Shown here: positions 33,690-43,793 of the stretch, piece by piece
Layout of the letters: each line of letters begins with the position of its first letter
How positions within the stretch are numbered: the first letter of the stretch is position 1
Assembly (NCBI GenBank): GCA_049472315.1
Contig: JBLIRN010000003.1
Location: 7,523-71,522, forward strand
Length of the DNA stretch: 64,000 nucleotides
Direction: 5' to 3'
Source: a bacterium
GTDB lineage: Bacteria; SZUA-182; DTGQ01; JAFGSM01
Program-made: the position numbers and the translations under genes
Notes under the pieces: generated by a model
Seen by the model: the letters and a program-made list of their open reading frames with translations, nothing else
What the model was told of the DNA's origin: nothing
Databases searched by the model: none

Positions 33690-36600
33690 ATGGAGGTTAA
33701 AAGGAGGGATTTTTTAAAGATCTCCGGGGCGAGCACCGTCGCCCTTGCTCTGAAAGAGCTGGGGTTTGACGTTGCATCGGTCCATGCCGAGGTCTCTCCT
33801 CTGAGGATCGACTATGCCAAGGAAACCACGACCATTTGTCCGTATTGCGCGGTCGGCTGCGGCATCATCATCCATTCCGTCCAGGGGAAGGTGGTCTATA
33901 CGGAGGGAGACCCCGATCATCCGATCAACAAGGGTTCGTTATGCAGTAAGGGAGGTTCGGTCTATCAGCTTTCGGCCAACAATCCCGCACGGTCCAAGAA
34001 ACCACTGTACCGTGCCCCGAACAGCAGCGAGTGGAAGGAGGTCTCCTGGGACTGGGCACTGGATAAGATCGCCGAGAGGATCCACGACACCCGGGAAAAG
34101 ACCTTCATGTTTAAGAACAGCAAGGGGCAGACCGTCAACCGGACGGAGGCCATCGCCTCCGTGGGCAGCGCTGCCATGGACAATGAGGAGTGCTACATCT
34201 ACCGCAAGTTTCTCACTGCCCTCGGCCTCGTCTATATCGAACACCAGGCCCGTATCTGACACTCCGCTACTGTAGCGGCTCTGGCAGAGTCGTTTGGTAG
34301 AGGGGCCATGACCAACCACTGGGCGGATCTCGCGAACTGCGACGTGGTTCTGGTCATGGGAAGCAATGCAGCGGAGAATCATCCCATTTCATTCAAGTGG
34401 GTCACCAAGGCAAAGGAACGGGGCGCAACCCTTATCAGTGTTGATCCCCGATTCACCCGGACATCGGCCAAGGCGGATATCTATGCCCCCTTAAGGTCGG
34501 GGTCGGATATCGCGTTCCTTGGCGGCATGATCAAGTACATCCTGGATAACAGGCTGTATTTTGACCAGTATGTCAAGCTGTACACCAATGCCTCGTTTCT
34601 CGTCAATCCCAATTTCAAGATGCCCGGGGAGAACGAGGGTCTCTTTTCCGGGTATGATCCCCAGGCACGCAAGTATGACAAATCCACCTGGGCGTTTCAG
34701 AAGGATTCGCAGGGCATCATCAAGAAGGACCTTACCCTTCAGGACCCGAACTGCGTGTTTCAGCTTCTCAAGAAGCACTTCTCCCGGTATGACACGGATA
34801 TCGTCTCCCAGATCACCGGGACCCCGAAGGATAGTCTGATGAAGGTCTACAAGGCATATGCCACGACCGGTAAACCAGGCAAGTCGGGAACGATCATGTA
34901 CGCAATGGGCTGGACCCAGCACACGGTGGGCACCCAGAACATCCGCACCATGTCCATCATCCAGTTGCTCCTCGGAAACATCGGCATAGCGGGGGGCGGC
35001 GTGAATGCGCTACGCGGTGAGTCCAATGTGCAGGGTTCCACCGACCAGTGCCTGCTCTTCCACATACTCCCGGGATACCTCAAGACCCCTTCGGCCTCTC
35101 TTGCCACGCTCAAGGCATACAACGAGGCATCCACCCCGACCACGAACGATCCGAAGAGCGCCAACTGGTGGGGCAACTATCCCAAGTATTCGGTGAGCCT
35201 CCTGAAGGCATTCTTCGGGGCGAATGCGACGGCCGGAAACGATTTCGGTTATGATTGGCTGCCCAAGCTGGATGACGGGGCGAACTACTCCTGGCTAATG
35301 CTCTTTGACGCGATGGACAAGGGGAACATCAAGGGATTTTTCGCATGGGGACAGAACCCTGCCTGCAGCGGCGCCAATGCCAACAAGGTCAGGAGGGCGA
35401 TGGGGAAACTTGACTGGATGGTGAACGTGAACATCTTCGATAATGAGACCTGTTCCTTCTGGAAGGGACCGGGCATGAACCCATCCCAGATCAAGACCGA
35501 GGTCTTTTTCCTCCCCTGCGCAGGATTCTTCGAAAAGGAGGGGAGCATCACCAACAGCGGCCGCTGGATGCAGTGGCGGTATAAGGCCGTGGAGCCGGTC
35601 GGCGAATCCCTGCCGGACGGCGAGATCATCAGCGAGTTGGCCCACAAGGTGAAGAAGTTGGTGGGAGAGAAGGGGAGCAAATACCCTGATCCTATCCTCA
35701 ACATGACCTGGGACTACGGCCCCAAGAATCCGGATGGCTCCCTGAAGCACTTCGACGCCCACGAGGCCGCGAAGGAGATCAACGGCTACTTCATGGAAGA
35801 CAAGGAGATCGGCGGCACACTCTACAAGAAGGGAACGCTGGTACCCAGTTTTGCCTTCCTCCAGAGTGATGGTTCAACCTCCTCGGGAAATTGGCTCTAC
35901 TGCAACAGCTACACGGAAAAGGGCAACATGGCCGCTCGTCGCAACAACAAGGACGAGAGCGGTATCGGCCTTTACTCCGAATGGGCATGGTGCTGGCCGG
36001 TCAACAGGCGGATCATTTACAATCGCGCCTCGGTTGACGAGAAAGGTCAGCCCTGGGACAAGGAGCACCCGGTCATCTGGTGGAACGGCAGCGGATGGAA
36101 GGGCGATGTGCCCGACGGAGGCTGGCCCCCGCTGGTGAACGAGGAAAAGACCAGGTATGCATTCATTATGAAGCCCGAGGGATATGCACACATCTTCGGC
36201 CCCGGTCTTGCCGAAGGCCCCTTCCCCGAGCACTACGAACCCCTTGAATGTCCGATTGAGAAGAACCTCATTCCGGGCAACCCACTCATGATCAGCCCTA
36301 CGGTGAAAATGTTCAGCACGAAGGGTGAAGGGAAAGGGCAGGATGTGTTTATGAGCTGCGATCCGCGCTATCCTCTCGTCTGCTCCACCTACCGGGTGTC
36401 CGAGCACTGGCAGACAGGGCTGATGACAAGGTGGCAGCCGTGGCTCGCCGAGCTTCAGCCGTCCATGTTCGTCGAGATGAGCAAGGAGTTGGCGAACGAT
36501 CGAGGGATCAATAACGGTGACCTGTGCACCGTCAAATCCGCCCGCGGCGAGGTGGATGCGATTGCCATCGTCACCGACCGGTTCAAGCCGTTCACCATAG

Positions 36601-36788
36601 CCGGGCAGACGGTGCACCAGGTGGGTATCCCCTGGCACTACGGATGGGTCACCACCGACTTCAACAACGGGCCCAATCTGACCTTCGGTGACAGCGCGAA
36701 TCTGCTGACTCCGACCGTCGGCGATTCCAACACCATGATCCCTGAGTCCAAGGCGTTCATGGTCAACGTGGTGCGAAAGGGGGTGTGA
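33690..36788 (+). CDS. fdnG: Formate dehydrogenase-N alpha subunit, selenocysteine-containing and Tat-exported
   Basis: KRRDFLK Tat motif and CPYCAVGC. The in-frame TGA at 34257-34259 lies in EHQARI-U-HSATV and joins the track ORFs 33645..34259 and 34308..36788. Confidence 0.96.
34260..34300 (+). promoter_or_regulatory. Bacterial SECIS element
   Basis: Hairpin GCGGCTCT-GGC-AGAGTCGT about 15 nt after the Sec UGA. Confidence 0.8.
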
Positions 36789-36792
36789 GTAA

Positions 36793-37575
36793 ATGGAAAT
36801 GGTCGAATACAAGAAGGAAAAGGCCTTCATGCTGTATCCCGCGAAGTGCACCGCGTGCCGGTCCTGCCAGATTGCCTGCAAGAACTGGAACCAGAATGCG
36901 GCAACCAAGACGATCAACCGCGGAACCTTCGAGAATCCCCCTTCCCTGGACTATTTCAACTATACGAGGATCAAGTTCAGCGAATATCCGAATGGCGAGG
37001 ATTATGGGATCAAGTGGCTTTTCACCAAGGAGCAGTGCCTCCATTGTACCGATGCCACCTGCATGATCGTATGCCCCTCCGAGGGAGCGCTCTATCGGAC
37101 CCCCGAAGGGATGGTCGCGTTCAACCCTGATCGGTGCATCGGGTGCAAGTATTGCGTTATGACCTGTCCCTTTGAGGTGCCGAAGTACAACGAGGCGACC
37201 AAGACGATCAGCAAGTGCCATCTGTGTCACGACAGGGTTGCCAACGGGTTGATCCCTGCCTGTGCAAAGGCCTGCCCCACCGGCGCCATCGCTTATGGCG
37301 ACAGGGACAAGCTTATTGCGGAGGCAAAGGCGAACGGCGCCAAGTACATCTATGGGGAGAACGAACTCAAGGGCCTCCACGCAATGTATGTGCTGGAGGA
37401 TTCACCCGACAAGTACGGCCTTCCGGTCGATCCCAAGGTACCGACCTCCGTCGTGATATGGAAGAATTTCATAAAACCGCTCGTAAAGTGGGGTATCCCG
37501 CTGACCATCGTGGGGGTGCTTCTCCACTTCTGGTTGCACGGTCCCCATGTGGTTGAGGAAGGGGGTGAGAAGTAA
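36793..37575 (+). CDS. fdnH: Formate dehydrogenase beta (Fe-S) subunit
   Basis: Four Cys clusters (CTACRSC, CLHC, CIGCKYC, CHLC) and a C-terminal TM helix. Confidence 0.93.
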   Translation: MEMVEYKKEKAFMLYPAKCTACRSCQIACKNWNQNAATKTINRGTFENPPSLDYFNYTRIKFSEYPNGEDYGIKWLFTKEQCLHCTDATCMIVCPSEGALYRTPEGMVAFNPDRCIGCKYCVMTCPFEVPKYNEATKTISKCHLCHDRVANGLIPACAKACPTGAIAYGDRDKLIAEAKANGAKYIYGENELKGLHAMYVLEDSPDKYGLPVDPKVPTSVVIWKNFIKPLVKWGIPLTIVGVLLHFWLHGPHVVEEGGEK

Positions 37576-38207
37576 TGGCCGGAAAAGTCGTTGTCAATGC
37601 CGCAAGCGCATGGGAGAAGATCGCCCATTGGACACTGGTCACCAGTTGCGTCATCTGCATGATCACCGGGTTCGGATTCATGTTCCGCTCCCTGGACATC
37701 TTCCAGAGGATCTTCGGATTTCCCCACGGCGCGAAGACGGTCCACCATTTCTTCGGGCTCCTGTTCTTCCTCTCGTTGATCCTTACCTTTTTAGTATGGG
37801 TCAAGGACTCCGGGTTTGAGCTCGAGGACGTCAAGTGGTTCAAGGTCCTCGGAGGCTACCTGATCCGGACGGATCAGCACTTCGATCTCTACAAGTTCAA
37901 TCCCGGCCAGAAGATCTTCTTCTGGTACACCATCTTCTTCGGACTGGTGGTATCCGTGACCGGGTACATCATGTGGAGTCCCTTTTCATGGAGCAGGGGG
38001 ACCGTTCAGGTCAGCTATCCCCTCCATGCACTCTCCGCATTCATGTTCGCCCTCGGGTTCATCGGACACGGGTATCTTGCATCCTGGGCAAATCCCGGCA
38101 GCTTGAGTGTCATCACCTCGGGCCGGGTCACCAGGGCGTGGTGCGAGCATCATCGGCCGCGCTGGACCCGAAAGATGGTCAAGGAAGGGAAGCTCAAGGA
38201 GGTGTAA
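37575..38207 (+). CDS. fdnI: Formate dehydrogenase gamma (cytochrome b556) subunit
   Basis: IAHW, VHH, KFNPGQK and WCEHHRPRW; four TM helices. Confidence 0.92.
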   Translation: MAGKVVVNAASAWEKIAHWTLVTSCVICMITGFGFMFRSLDIFQRIFGFPHGAKTVHHFFGLLFFLSLILTFLVWVKDSGFELEDVKWFKVLGGYLIRTDQHFDLYKFNPGQKIFFWYTIFFGLVVSVTGYIMWSPFSWSRGTVQVSYPLHALSAFMFALGFIGHGYLASWANPGSLSVITSGRVTRAWCEHHRPRWTRKMVKEGKLKEV

Positions 38208-38238
38208 AAAGCCTCCGGTATATAACCTGGCTTTTTAT

Positions 38239-38274
38239 GGGGCACCGGGCGTTCGCCCGGTGCCCCGTTTTTTT
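38239..38274 (+). terminator. Rho-independent terminator of fdnGHI
   Basis: GGGGCACCGGGC-GTTC-GCCCGGTGCCCC followed by T7. Confidence 0.9.
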
Positions 38275-38424
38275 GGTGCGCCCGGCTGGGCGCACACAGG
38301 GAAAATGCTGCCAAAATTACTGGCGATTCCATAGGGTGAGAGTCAATGCGATTGATAGCCTCAATGCGACTTGATAATTCAATGGACGGTATCGAGGAAC
38401 AGATTATGAATTTTATGCAGCTCT

Positions 38425-38856
38425 TTATTTTTTAATGGTTTCCATCCCTAATTCTCGTGCAATTCTTATCATATGTGCGTCATAGCTGCAGATCAGCAAT
38501 TTATCATGTATAAGCTTCTTGTATATATTCGCTGTCGCCAGATGAATGCTGTCCAAAGACCTCAATCGCTTCAACTTGTCATTGTTTTTGATTTCCAATA
38601 AGATATCATTGTCAACCATTTTCTTGTTTATACCGTTGAGCAGCCTGCCAAGCATGCTATCCTTCTCACGATAAAGTTCTTTATCCTTGATAGTAAGCAA
38701 GCAATATTTATAGACATTTATCCGGCATTCTATTTCTATGATTATTGAACCTAAGAGAATATCCAGAGAATTCCAGATATCGATTGACAAATCGTAGCTT
38801 TCATCCTCAAAGACTATAGAAAGCAAAAAGCTGGAATCGATATAGGCGGCTCTCAT
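38425..38856 (-). CDS. PIN-domain (VapC-like) toxin
   Basis: AYIDSS...LRSLDSIHLATA...SYD; AT-rich. Confidence 0.88.
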   Translation of the reverse strand: MRAAYIDSSFLLSIVFEDESYDLSIDIWNSLDILLGSIIIEIECRINVYKYCLLTIKDKELYREKDSMLGRLLNGINKKMVDNDILLEIKNNDKLKRLRSLDSIHLATANIYKKLIHDKLLICSYDAHMIRIARELGMETIKK

Positions 38857-39152
38857 GCCCTGTCCGCCCGTGTCTTATTGTATATTTCCTCGAGAAGCGC
38901 CCTGTTTGGCCTTCTTTCGCCTTTCACCTTCTTCAACTTGATCTTTTTCTTTGCCCTGACAATAAGGCCTGATTTTACTTGATCCGAAAGGTAATCCTCC
39001 AGAAGATTCGATTCGGATGGCCCTCCGGTAGAGGGAATTATCTCGGCAACTATCCGGTCATGTTCGGTTACCAGTATCCGCTCGCCTGTTTTTACCAGAT
39101 TGATATACTGGCTCAAGGAGTTCTTGAGATTTCTTATTCCAACGGTTTTCAT
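38853..39152 (-). CDS. Phd/YefM-family antitoxin
   Basis: VGIRNLKNSLSQYINLVKTGERILVT; overlaps the PIN gene. Confidence 0.88.
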   Translation of the reverse strand: MKTVGIRNLKNSLSQYINLVKTGERILVTEHDRIVAEIIPSTGGPSESNLLEDYLSDQVKSGLIVRAKKKIKLKKVKGERRPNRALLEEIYNKTRADRA

Positions 39153-39239
39153 GACCTTATTATAGCCACAATGGCCATTTTAGTCAAACGACATCTTGCG
39201 AAATATTTGAATCAGAATGGCGATGAGGGCGGGATACAG

Positions 39240-40640
39240 TCAATCCGAAAGGGCATGGCCTCCGACCACGATCTGCTTGATCCTGAGGGTGGGCTGGGCG
39301 TCGGATACCGGGGCCGCCTGGCCGTCCTTGCCGCAGGTGCCCACCTGGTAGCCCAGGTCGTCGCCGACCATGTCGATGTTCTGGAGGACCTTCGGCCCAT
39401 TGCCGATAAGGGTCGCCCCGCGGACAGGGCGGGTAACCCTTCCCTTTTCGATGAGGTACCCCTCGTTGATCTCGAACACGAAATCCCCGCTTACCGTATC
39501 CACCTGGCCGCCCCCCATCTTTTTCACCAGGAGGCCCTTCCGGGTTGCGGCGATGATCTCCCCGGGAGGGGTGGTGCCCGGGGCGATGAAGGTGTTGCTC
39601 ATTCGGGGAATGGGCACATGCTGGTAGGATTCCCGCCTGCCGTTTCCGGTGGAGGATGCCCCCCCCTTGAGGGCGGTGAGGCGATCGTAGAGATATCCCT
39701 TCAGCACGCCCCGTTCCACCAGCACCGTCCTCTGGGCGGGAATGCCCTCGTCATCGTAGTAATAGGACCCTCGCCTCCCCTGAAGGGTTGCATCGTCGAT
39801 AACGGTTATCAGCGACGAGGCGACCTTATCCCCAATGCGGTTCGCAAATACCGACAGGCCCTTCTGAACCAGGTCCGCTTCCAGGCCGTGCCCGATGGCC
39901 TCATGGATCATGGTGCCCCCCGCTTCAGAAGAGATCACCACCGGCATCGGCCCGCTGGGTGCATGATCGGCATCCAGCATGGTGATGGCCCTTTGTGCGG
40001 CCATTGTGGCGATCTGCTCCGGGGTATGATCATTTTCAAGGAGTTCCATCCCCATCTTCCCCCCGATGGCCTCATACCCGGTTTGTATGTCGCCCTTCTT
40101 CGCCGCCACCACCTGGACGAGAAAGATGATGCCCGGACGTGCCTCCTCGATCCTTTCCCCGTGGGAATTGATCAGGAATGTCTCTTGAATGCTGTCGGCA
40201 TAGACGACCTTCACCTGCTTGATGAGCCCCGGGTCAACGAGCCGTGCCGTCCGGTCTGCGCGGCGCACCAGATCGGACTTGAAATTCGCGCCAATCCCGT
40301 CAAAGGGCTTTTCGACCGAAAAGGGAGGGGCAATGATTGGAGAGCGCAGGTTGATGGCCACGTCATCCCCGGGAGCATCGAGTGTGCAGGTGAGGGATTC
40401 AGCCATGCGCCTGAGGGAGGGCTCGGAGACGTCGTTCGAGTAGGCATAGGAGGTCTTCAACCCGTGGATTATCCTGAGCCCGACACCGAGATCAATGCCG
40501 GTGTTGATCTTCTCGATTCGATGGTCCTCACAGCTTATCAGGGATGAGATCTTTCGCTCGAAAAAGATCTCCGCAAGATCGATCCCCCTCCTTGTAAGCA
40601 GGGGAAGGGTGGCCGAAAGATGGGATGGAACATCACGCAT
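39240..40640 (-). CDS. tldD: TldD metalloprotease
   Basis: HEAIGHGLEAD, DDEG, PRMSNT and CGKDGQ. Confidence 0.93.
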   Translation of the reverse strand: MRDVPSHLSATLPLLTRRGIDLAEIFFERKISSLISCEDHRIEKINTGIDLGVGLRIIHGLKTSYAYSNDVSEPSLRRMAESLTCTLDAPGDDVAINLRSPIIAPPFSVEKPFDGIGANFKSDLVRRADRTARLVDPGLIKQVKVVYADSIQETFLINSHGERIEEARPGIIFLVQVVAAKKGDIQTGYEAIGGKMGMELLENDHTPEQIATMAAQRAITMLDADHAPSGPMPVVISSEAGGTMIHEAIGHGLEADLVQKGLSVFANRIGDKVASSLITVIDDATLQGRRGSYYYDDEGIPAQRTVLVERGVLKGYLYDRLTALKGGASSTGNGRRESYQHVPIPRMSNTFIAPGTTPPGEIIAATRKGLLVKKMGGGQVDTVSGDFVFEINEGYLIEKGRVTRPVRGATLIGNGPKVLQNIDMVGDDLGYQVGTCGKDGQAAPVSDAQPTLRIKQIVVGGHALSD

Positions 40641-40658
40641 AACCGTCTGGGACCCCCA

Positions 40659-41504
40659 TTATTCGCGGATGGCGCGATAAGGGGCGTCGATGAGCCACAC
40701 GTACCCCCTCGCACAAAACGCGATCCTTGTGCCGTCAGGTGACCACTCGGGGTCGTATCCGTCAAGGGCAAACACGATGGAATCCCTCTTGACCAGGGAA
40801 TAGATACGAATACCGCCGTGCGAATATATCACGGAGTACCCGTCGGGCGCAAACGATCCCTTCGTTCCGGGCCCTATGGGAGTAAGCTCGCCGGTTGCAC
40901 GGTTGAGGAGTGCCAGGGTGAAGAGGACCAGTTGCGGCTCCCACAACTCCACCAGGATAGTCGCCCCGTCCGGCGAAAAGGCAAGGGGTGTCCCTTCATT
41001 GAGGAGTTTTTCCCCGGATGAGCCGTCGATGCTCATAAGCCATATCCCCTGGTTTCTGAACACCAGGGATCTGCCATCGGGGCTCCAGCAGGGGTGGGTG
41101 CCCTCAGGCGAGATGAGTGAATGGGCGTTTGATCCGCGGTCCCATATCCGGATGCCCTGGTGATCATAGGCGATTGTATTCCCATTCGGGGACCACCGCG
41201 GGTGGGACCCGGCCTGAATCACCTGGTGCGGCTCCTTCTCCTCGGGGGCCATGATCCATATGCCGCCGCCATCCTCGAACACGAGGTGTGTTCCATCCGG
41301 AGACCAATGAGGGGATGCCCCCGGGCAGATACGATCGACGGATATCCTGGCACCCTCCTGGGAATAATTGATGAGGAGCGCAGGGCGGTATCGCGCGCAC
41401 CCGGTCATGCCGATCAGGAGACCTGCAACAATACACAACATCCCCCATGCAAAGGGAGGACGCACCTGCGGGCCGGGGGAAAGGGCGTGCCTCGTGCTAT
41501 CCAT
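40659..41504 (-). CDS. PD40/TolB-like beta-propeller lipoprotein
   Basis: Repeated PxWSPDG; lipobox-like MTGC. Confidence 0.8.
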   Translation of the reverse strand: MDSTRHALSPGPQVRPPFAWGMLCIVAGLLIGMTGCARYRPALLINYSQEGARISVDRICPGASPHWSPDGTHLVFEDGGGIWIMAPEEKEPHQVIQAGSHPRWSPNGNTIAYDHQGIRIWDRGSNAHSLISPEGTHPCWSPDGRSLVFRNQGIWLMSIDGSSGEKLLNEGTPLAFSPDGATILVELWEPQLVLFTLALLNRATGELTPIGPGTKGSFAPDGYSVIYSHGGIRIYSLVKRDSIVFALDGYDPEWSPDGTRIAFCARGYVWLIDAPYRAIRE

Positions 41505-41754
41505 GCGCCCCCTGCGTTTTCCTTTCCAGGACCACCAGGCCGATCTCATCCGCCAGGTGCCTAAGCAATTCCTCGAGATCCAACGACTGTTCCACTGTGC
41601 TGAGAAGTTCAAGAACACCCTTTTCCTTGTCCACGGTCCTCACCACGGCGAGTCCGTCATACCCTTCGAAGATCCCGTTCACATACCAGATCCAGCACGC
41701 TTCGGATTGAACACGGACCGTAAGGTCGCTATTTTTCGGCGATTGTCTCGTCAA
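41497..41754 (-). CDS. DUF4911-like small protein
   Basis: IFEGYDGLAVVRTVD..KGVLEL pattern. Confidence 0.65.
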   Translation of the reverse strand: MTRQSPKNSDLTVRVQSEACWIWYVNGIFEGYDGLAVVRTVDKEKGVLELLSTVEQSLDLEELLRHLADEIGLVVLERKTQGAHG

Positions 41755-42727
41755 TCTTCATCCCGAAATGGCGGCCCGCCTTCTCGATGGACACCAGCAC
41801 CGTATCGCCGGGCTTCAACTCCACCACGGAAACGGCGGAACCCTCCGGAGTGGTAAGCCGGATGGTCTCGGCATTCTGGAGGATCGTAGAGATGGTTTTT
41901 CCCTCGTATTCCGCCTCGATCAGGAGGAGGGGCCTCTTTTCGATCTTGACCCTGCCGGTGATTCCCACGCTGGTTTCACCCTTTGCATTGACGATAAGCA
42001 CCTCATCCCCCGATTTCAGCTCGGAGAGATAGCGGGTGCGGTTGCCCACCGTTTTGATGTATGCGTGGACCGGGCCTGCATTGACCCTGAAGGGGCGGGG
42101 TTCGACATACGGATTGGGAAGGGATTCCGAATGCACCAGAAACAGCGCCGCGCTGCTGTTGCCGATGAGCATGCCCTCGCCGGGAACCATGTTCGTACAG
42201 GTATCGATGCACACGCGGTCACCCATGCCCAGCGGCTTCACCTGGGTGACCACCGCCTCCTGGAGGGGGACGTGCTCGTAGCCCCGTTTTATGCACCCGA
42301 TGATCCGTTTCACCTCCTGCCAGTCCCGTGTCGTGGTGAGCACCCCATCCACCCCCTTTTCGAGGATGGTGAGCGCGGTACGTGCCTCTTCAACGGTTGT
42401 CACCTCGACGATGAGCCCCTCGGTCTGCGCGATGAGATTCTCAAGGGGGATGATGGTCCAGTCTGTGGTCCGGACAATGACCATCTTGTCCCGGGCCTTT
42501 TTGGCAATGGCGTCCTCGTCCGCCTTGCCCTTGATCTCCCATTCGACGATATCCCGGCCGATGCCGAGGTCTCCCTCCTGCGGGGCGATGGTCTGTATCC
42601 TCCCCAGTTGCTTCACCTTCGCCACATCCGTATCCTCGACATACACCGCATCCGCACCGTTCTCCAGCGCCGTGGTTATCAGGTGCTTGTCCCAGGGGAC
42701 TGCCTTGACCCATACCTTTTTATCCAT
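41729..42727 (-). CDS. 3-dehydroquinate synthase II (archaeal-type AroB')
   Basis: [36 protein letters not shown] and GRHFG. Confidence 0.93.
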   Translation of the reverse strand: MDKKVWVKAVPWDKHLITTALENGADAVYVEDTDVAKVKQLGRIQTIAPQEGDLGIGRDIVEWEIKGKADEDAIAKKARDKMVIVRTTDWTIIPLENLIAQTEGLIVEVTTVEEARTALTILEKGVDGVLTTTRDWQEVKRIIGCIKRGYEHVPLQEAVVTQVKPLGMGDRVCIDTCTNMVPGEGMLIGNSSAALFLVHSESLPNPYVEPRPFRVNAGPVHAYIKTVGNRTRYLSELKSGDEVLIVNAKGETSVGITGRVKIEKRPLLLIEAEYEGKTISTILQNAETIRLTTPEGSAVSVVELKPGDTVLVSIEKAGRHFGMKIDETIAEK

Positions 42728-43523
42728 CGTTTCCCTCGAGGTAGTCAAGGGCCTGCTGTACCGACCAGTCATGGTGCACCATCTGGCTGATGGCCCAGAC
42801 CAGCCTTTTGGGCTCCCTGTGTTGAAATGCGTTTCTTCCGATGGAGACACCCGCACTCCCTGCCTCCAGCGAGCCCTTGACCATCTCCATCACCTGCTGA
42901 TCGGTCTCCATTTTTTCACCGCCGGCGATGACCACCGGTACGAAACATCCGTTCACCACCTCGGCGAAGGATTCCGGCGATCCCGTATAGGCTACCTTGA
43001 CGATATCAGCTCCCAGCTCCGCGCCCACCCGGGCCGCATGCTTTACCACCTTGGGATCGTATTCGTTTTTCACCTTTTTCCCCCGGGTATACATCATGGC
43101 CACCAGCGGCATGCCCCAGTCGCGGGTGGTCTTCGCCACAGAGCCGAGGTCCTTGAGCATGACCTTCTCGTCATCGGACCCGATGTTTATATGGATGGAC
43201 ACGGCGTCGGCACCCAGCCTTATGGCCTCTTCCACCGTGCACACAAGGACCTTCGAATTCGGGTCCGGGGCAAGGACCGTGCTTCCGGATAGATGTATGA
43301 TGAGGCCGACATCCGCACCCTGACCACGATGGCCGGACTCGACGATCCCCTTGTGAATGATGATGGCGTTTGCGCCGCCTGCGGCCACCTGACCGACCGT
43401 TTCCTTCATATCGATCAGCCCGGGTATGGGACCGAGGGTGATGCCGTGATCCATCGGTACGATGACCGTTCTCTTTGAATTGCGATTCATGATCCTTTCA
43501 AGGCGGATCTGTTTCCCGATCAT
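42720..43523 (-). CDS. 2-amino-3,7-dideoxy-D-threo-hept-6-ulosonate synthase (AroA', DhnA-type class I aldolase)
   Basis: [15 protein letters not shown] and IGRNAFQ; adjacent to DHQ synthase II. Confidence 0.9.
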   Translation of the reverse strand: MIGKQIRLERIMNRNSKRTVIVPMDHGITLGPIPGLIDMKETVGQVAAGGANAIIIHKGIVESGHRGQGADVGLIIHLSGSTVLAPDPNSKVLVCTVEEAIRLGADAVSIHINIGSDDEKVMLKDLGSVAKTTRDWGMPLVAMMYTRGKKVKNEYDPKVVKHAARVGAELGADIVKVAYTGSPESFAEVVNGCFVPVVIAGGEKMETDQQVMEMVKGSLEAGSAGVSIGRNAFQHREPKRLVWAISQMVHHDWSVQQALDYLEGNDG

Positions 43524-43793
43524 CTCGCTACCTCCAAAAACGTCGCATGGACGCACATGGTGTATGTTCGGCATGCCTGCATAACAAGTATATCCGGCTC
43601 ATTTTATTCGAATGACAAGGCCCTGTCAAACAAGGGGATGCCGGGCCGACAATTCCGATTGTGATATTGCATCAGCCTAATGATTCAGAATCGGAACTGC
43701 TATTGCTATGCGCCTGGTGAGGCCTCGCAAAAAAATGCCGGCGATAGTGCCTTTGGCAGGATGGCGATCGTGCGCCGGAAACGGAAGGGGATA

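Noticed and set aside
33645-34259. Apparent split or pseudogene of formate dehydrogenase
   Set aside because: The stop is a Sec UGA followed by a SECIS hairpin.
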